A stretch of DNA of 63,933 bases, filler included, from Octopus bimaculoides (taxonomy: Eukaryota), in NCBI RefSeq assembly GCF_001194135.2. It is 10 parts of 10 records of this genome, joined end to end, with 100 filler letters (N's around TTAATTAATTAA, not from the genome) between each part and the next. Parts side by side here need not be neighbours in the genome. Positions count along the whole stretch, not along the records: positions 61,513 to 62,723 come from NW_026306512.1; positions 62,824 to 63,933 come from NW_026323874.1; 8 more parts are not named here. One strand, given 5' to 3'. The translations under genes were made by a program, and so were the position numbers. The first letter of the stretch is position 1. Every line of letters starts with the position of its first letter. Under the pieces are notes generated by a model. The model was given only the letters and a program-made list of their open reading frames with translations. It did no database searches and had not been told where the DNA came from. Shown here one piece after another: positions 61,936 to 63,933 of the stretch.

Positions 61936-62541
61936 TAATATGACCGTGTGGTTATAAGTATGCTTACTAATTACATCTAACATTGCATCGTACATCTAAC
62001 ATTTACATAAACCTACGTAGAAGACACACAGAGGTAAAAAAAATAATAATAATTTAGCTATTTCTCCGTAAATTGAAAACTTCATCACCAGTCTTAAATC
62101 GATTTTTAACCCTTCTTGGTGGGTTTCATCAGCGACATTTATATCACTTCACCAATCTCAGAGAAGCGAGCAACCATTCTGTTTATATACGCACCAAATC
62201 TAGTCAATTCAGAGAGCTGGGACTACGAATTTGTTTGCATCAACCCATCAGTGTCTCAATCTTTTTATTTGATTTATTACCAAAACTCATTTTTTTTATG
62301 CAACTTTATCTGATACTAAATATATATAAAACAATTTTATTACAATATTTGAAAGACACTCCAGTCTTGATGACTAACTAAAGATATCTCAGAAAAATAC
62401 AGGTGTTGCAGAAATATGATGGATTATCTTTCTGGTCCTAAAAAAAAAGGACCATTAGCACTCAGGGGTTAAGTGTTTAATATTATATGTTAATATCAGA
62501 GACCTATGAACGCTGAACTCGGTTCACACAGTATCAGGGTA

Positions 62542-62596
<55 letters not shown>

Positions 62597-62662
62597 CGTG
62601 TGTGTTGTCTGTGTGTGTGAGTGTGTGCATTTGTGTAAAAATCTGTCGTAGACATATAAAGT

Positions 62663-62723
62663 AGGCGTAGGAATGGCTGTGTGGTAAGTACCTTGCTTAC
62701 TTTCGGCTTGCTCACTGGGCATG
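62663..62723 (+). mobile_element. SINE family B head
   Basis: GGCGTAGGAATGGCTGTGTGGTAAGTACCTTGCTTAC. Confidence 0.7.
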
Positions 62724-62989
62724 NNNNNNNNNNNNNNNNNNNNNNNNNNNNNNNNNNNNNNNNNNNNTTAATTAATTAANNNNNNNNNNNNNNNNNNNNN
62801 NNNNNNNNNNNNNNNNNNNNNNNAGTTCTAAAACTAGTCCCGTGAGTACAATTCCTTTCTCTTGATTTGTATTTAATACACCACTCATTCTGATTTGTAC
62901 TAAATACACTGAACTCTCTCACAAACACCCAGACATAGCCACGCATATATTTATCGACACAAACTTTACAACGGTGCATTCACTTATAC

Positions 62990-63933
62990 ATCAAGTCACC
63001 AATAACAGCATGCACATGGATGCCGAAGTAAAAAATAAAAGACTTCACCATCGTCCGCGCAGATCGTACAGACCGAAATAAAGGTGGGGCAGCCATCTTT
63101 CTCCATGACTCCTTTTCATTTGATGCCAAGGACGCATTTTCCAATGGCTATTGTGAATCCATATCACTATTCAACAAGGCCAAACACATAACTATTGTTG
63201 GTCTTTACAGGCTCTCCAAGCACCTCTAAAGATCTTTGAAGAGTGCCTCAACAAAATCAAGTCTTTCCTTCAAAAATACAACTCCGAAAACATACTAATG
63301 ATGGGTGATTTTAACCTCCCTCATATAAACTGGCCCACAAATACTCCGAAGTTAGGCAGATGCTCTACATTAGATAAAGCAGCAGCAGAATTACTCTTTA
63401 ATCTAATAGATAAATTATTCTTGACTCAGCTAGTGCTCGAACCAAGACAATAAAACGATCTTGGATCTAATATTAACCAACCACTCTAGCTCTGTTCACA
63501 GTATTTCAGTTGAAAAAACTCTCCTCTCAGACCACGATATGATACTCTGCAATTTTAATTCCCGGCATATCAAAACCAAACCAGCCATTCTTGCTCCACG
63601 GCACTCATTTGACAACATAAACTTCTACAAAGTGGACTGGGGAGCAATCAAAAAGGATCTGTCCTTCATCGATTGGTGTTTCACTCTCAGTTCCACTCAC
63701 ATTGAGACCGCATGGCAACACTTTGAGAACATTGTCACCTATACATGCTCAAAACACACTCCTACGAAATCCACTAACACGAACAGAAACCAGCTCCCTA
63801 AAAAGAAAAAAGCACTCATCAGGCGCATCAAAAGACTCAATAAAAAAAATCAACCAATTAAAATACTCCCACATATAACATCCACATTCAACAACAATGA
63901 AAAGGCTGAAGTTGGAAAAACTTCATCTGCAGA
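62990..63933 (+). pseudogene. LINE ORF2 APE endonuclease region (CR1/L2/Jockey-like), truncated by the window end
   Basis: DFTIVRADRTDRNKGGAAIF...IVGLYR...LMMGDFNLPHINW (GDFN at 63304-63315)...LDLILT...LLSDH (63527-63535)...NFYKVDW; two frameshifts. Confidence 0.9.

Noticed and set aside
62098-62140. Minus-strand CTGATGA-A-ACCC...GGGT-TAAAA hammerhead-like string
   Set aside because: Stem II is plausible, but G12 is absent and stems I and III cannot be formed; at best a dead remnant.
62105-62472. TTAACCC...GGGGTTAA as a piggyBac-like element
   Set aside because: The inverted match does not extend beyond CCC/GGG.

Overview
This is AT-rich, microsatellite-dense animal genomic DNA with many N gaps. 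The repeat families resemble those of octopus/coleoid cephalopods (inference from pattern recognition, not a database search). I found no recognisable host protein-coding gene, rRNA, true tRNA gene or CRISPR array. Nearly all long ORFs in the supplied track are artefacts of N runs or microsatellites. The window is mostly transposon debris: several tRNA-headed SINE families, an internally deleted RTE LINE, a CR1/L2-like APE fragment, a near-intact zinc-knuckle ORF1 of an L1/Tx1-like element, Penelope-like GIY-YIG remnants, Tc1 and mariner transposase remnants, MITEs/foldbacks and a probable Helitron end. The most interesting signal is a set of at least five minimal type I hammerhead-ribozyme motifs in short non-coding Penelope-type terminal repeats. 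Three share a non-canonical CUGUNGA+A core. Two sit in inverted repeats whose second arm starts at ribozyme stem II. A few weak candidate exons and a CpG-retaining, promoter-like stretch (about 22-25.5 kb) are flagged at low confidence.
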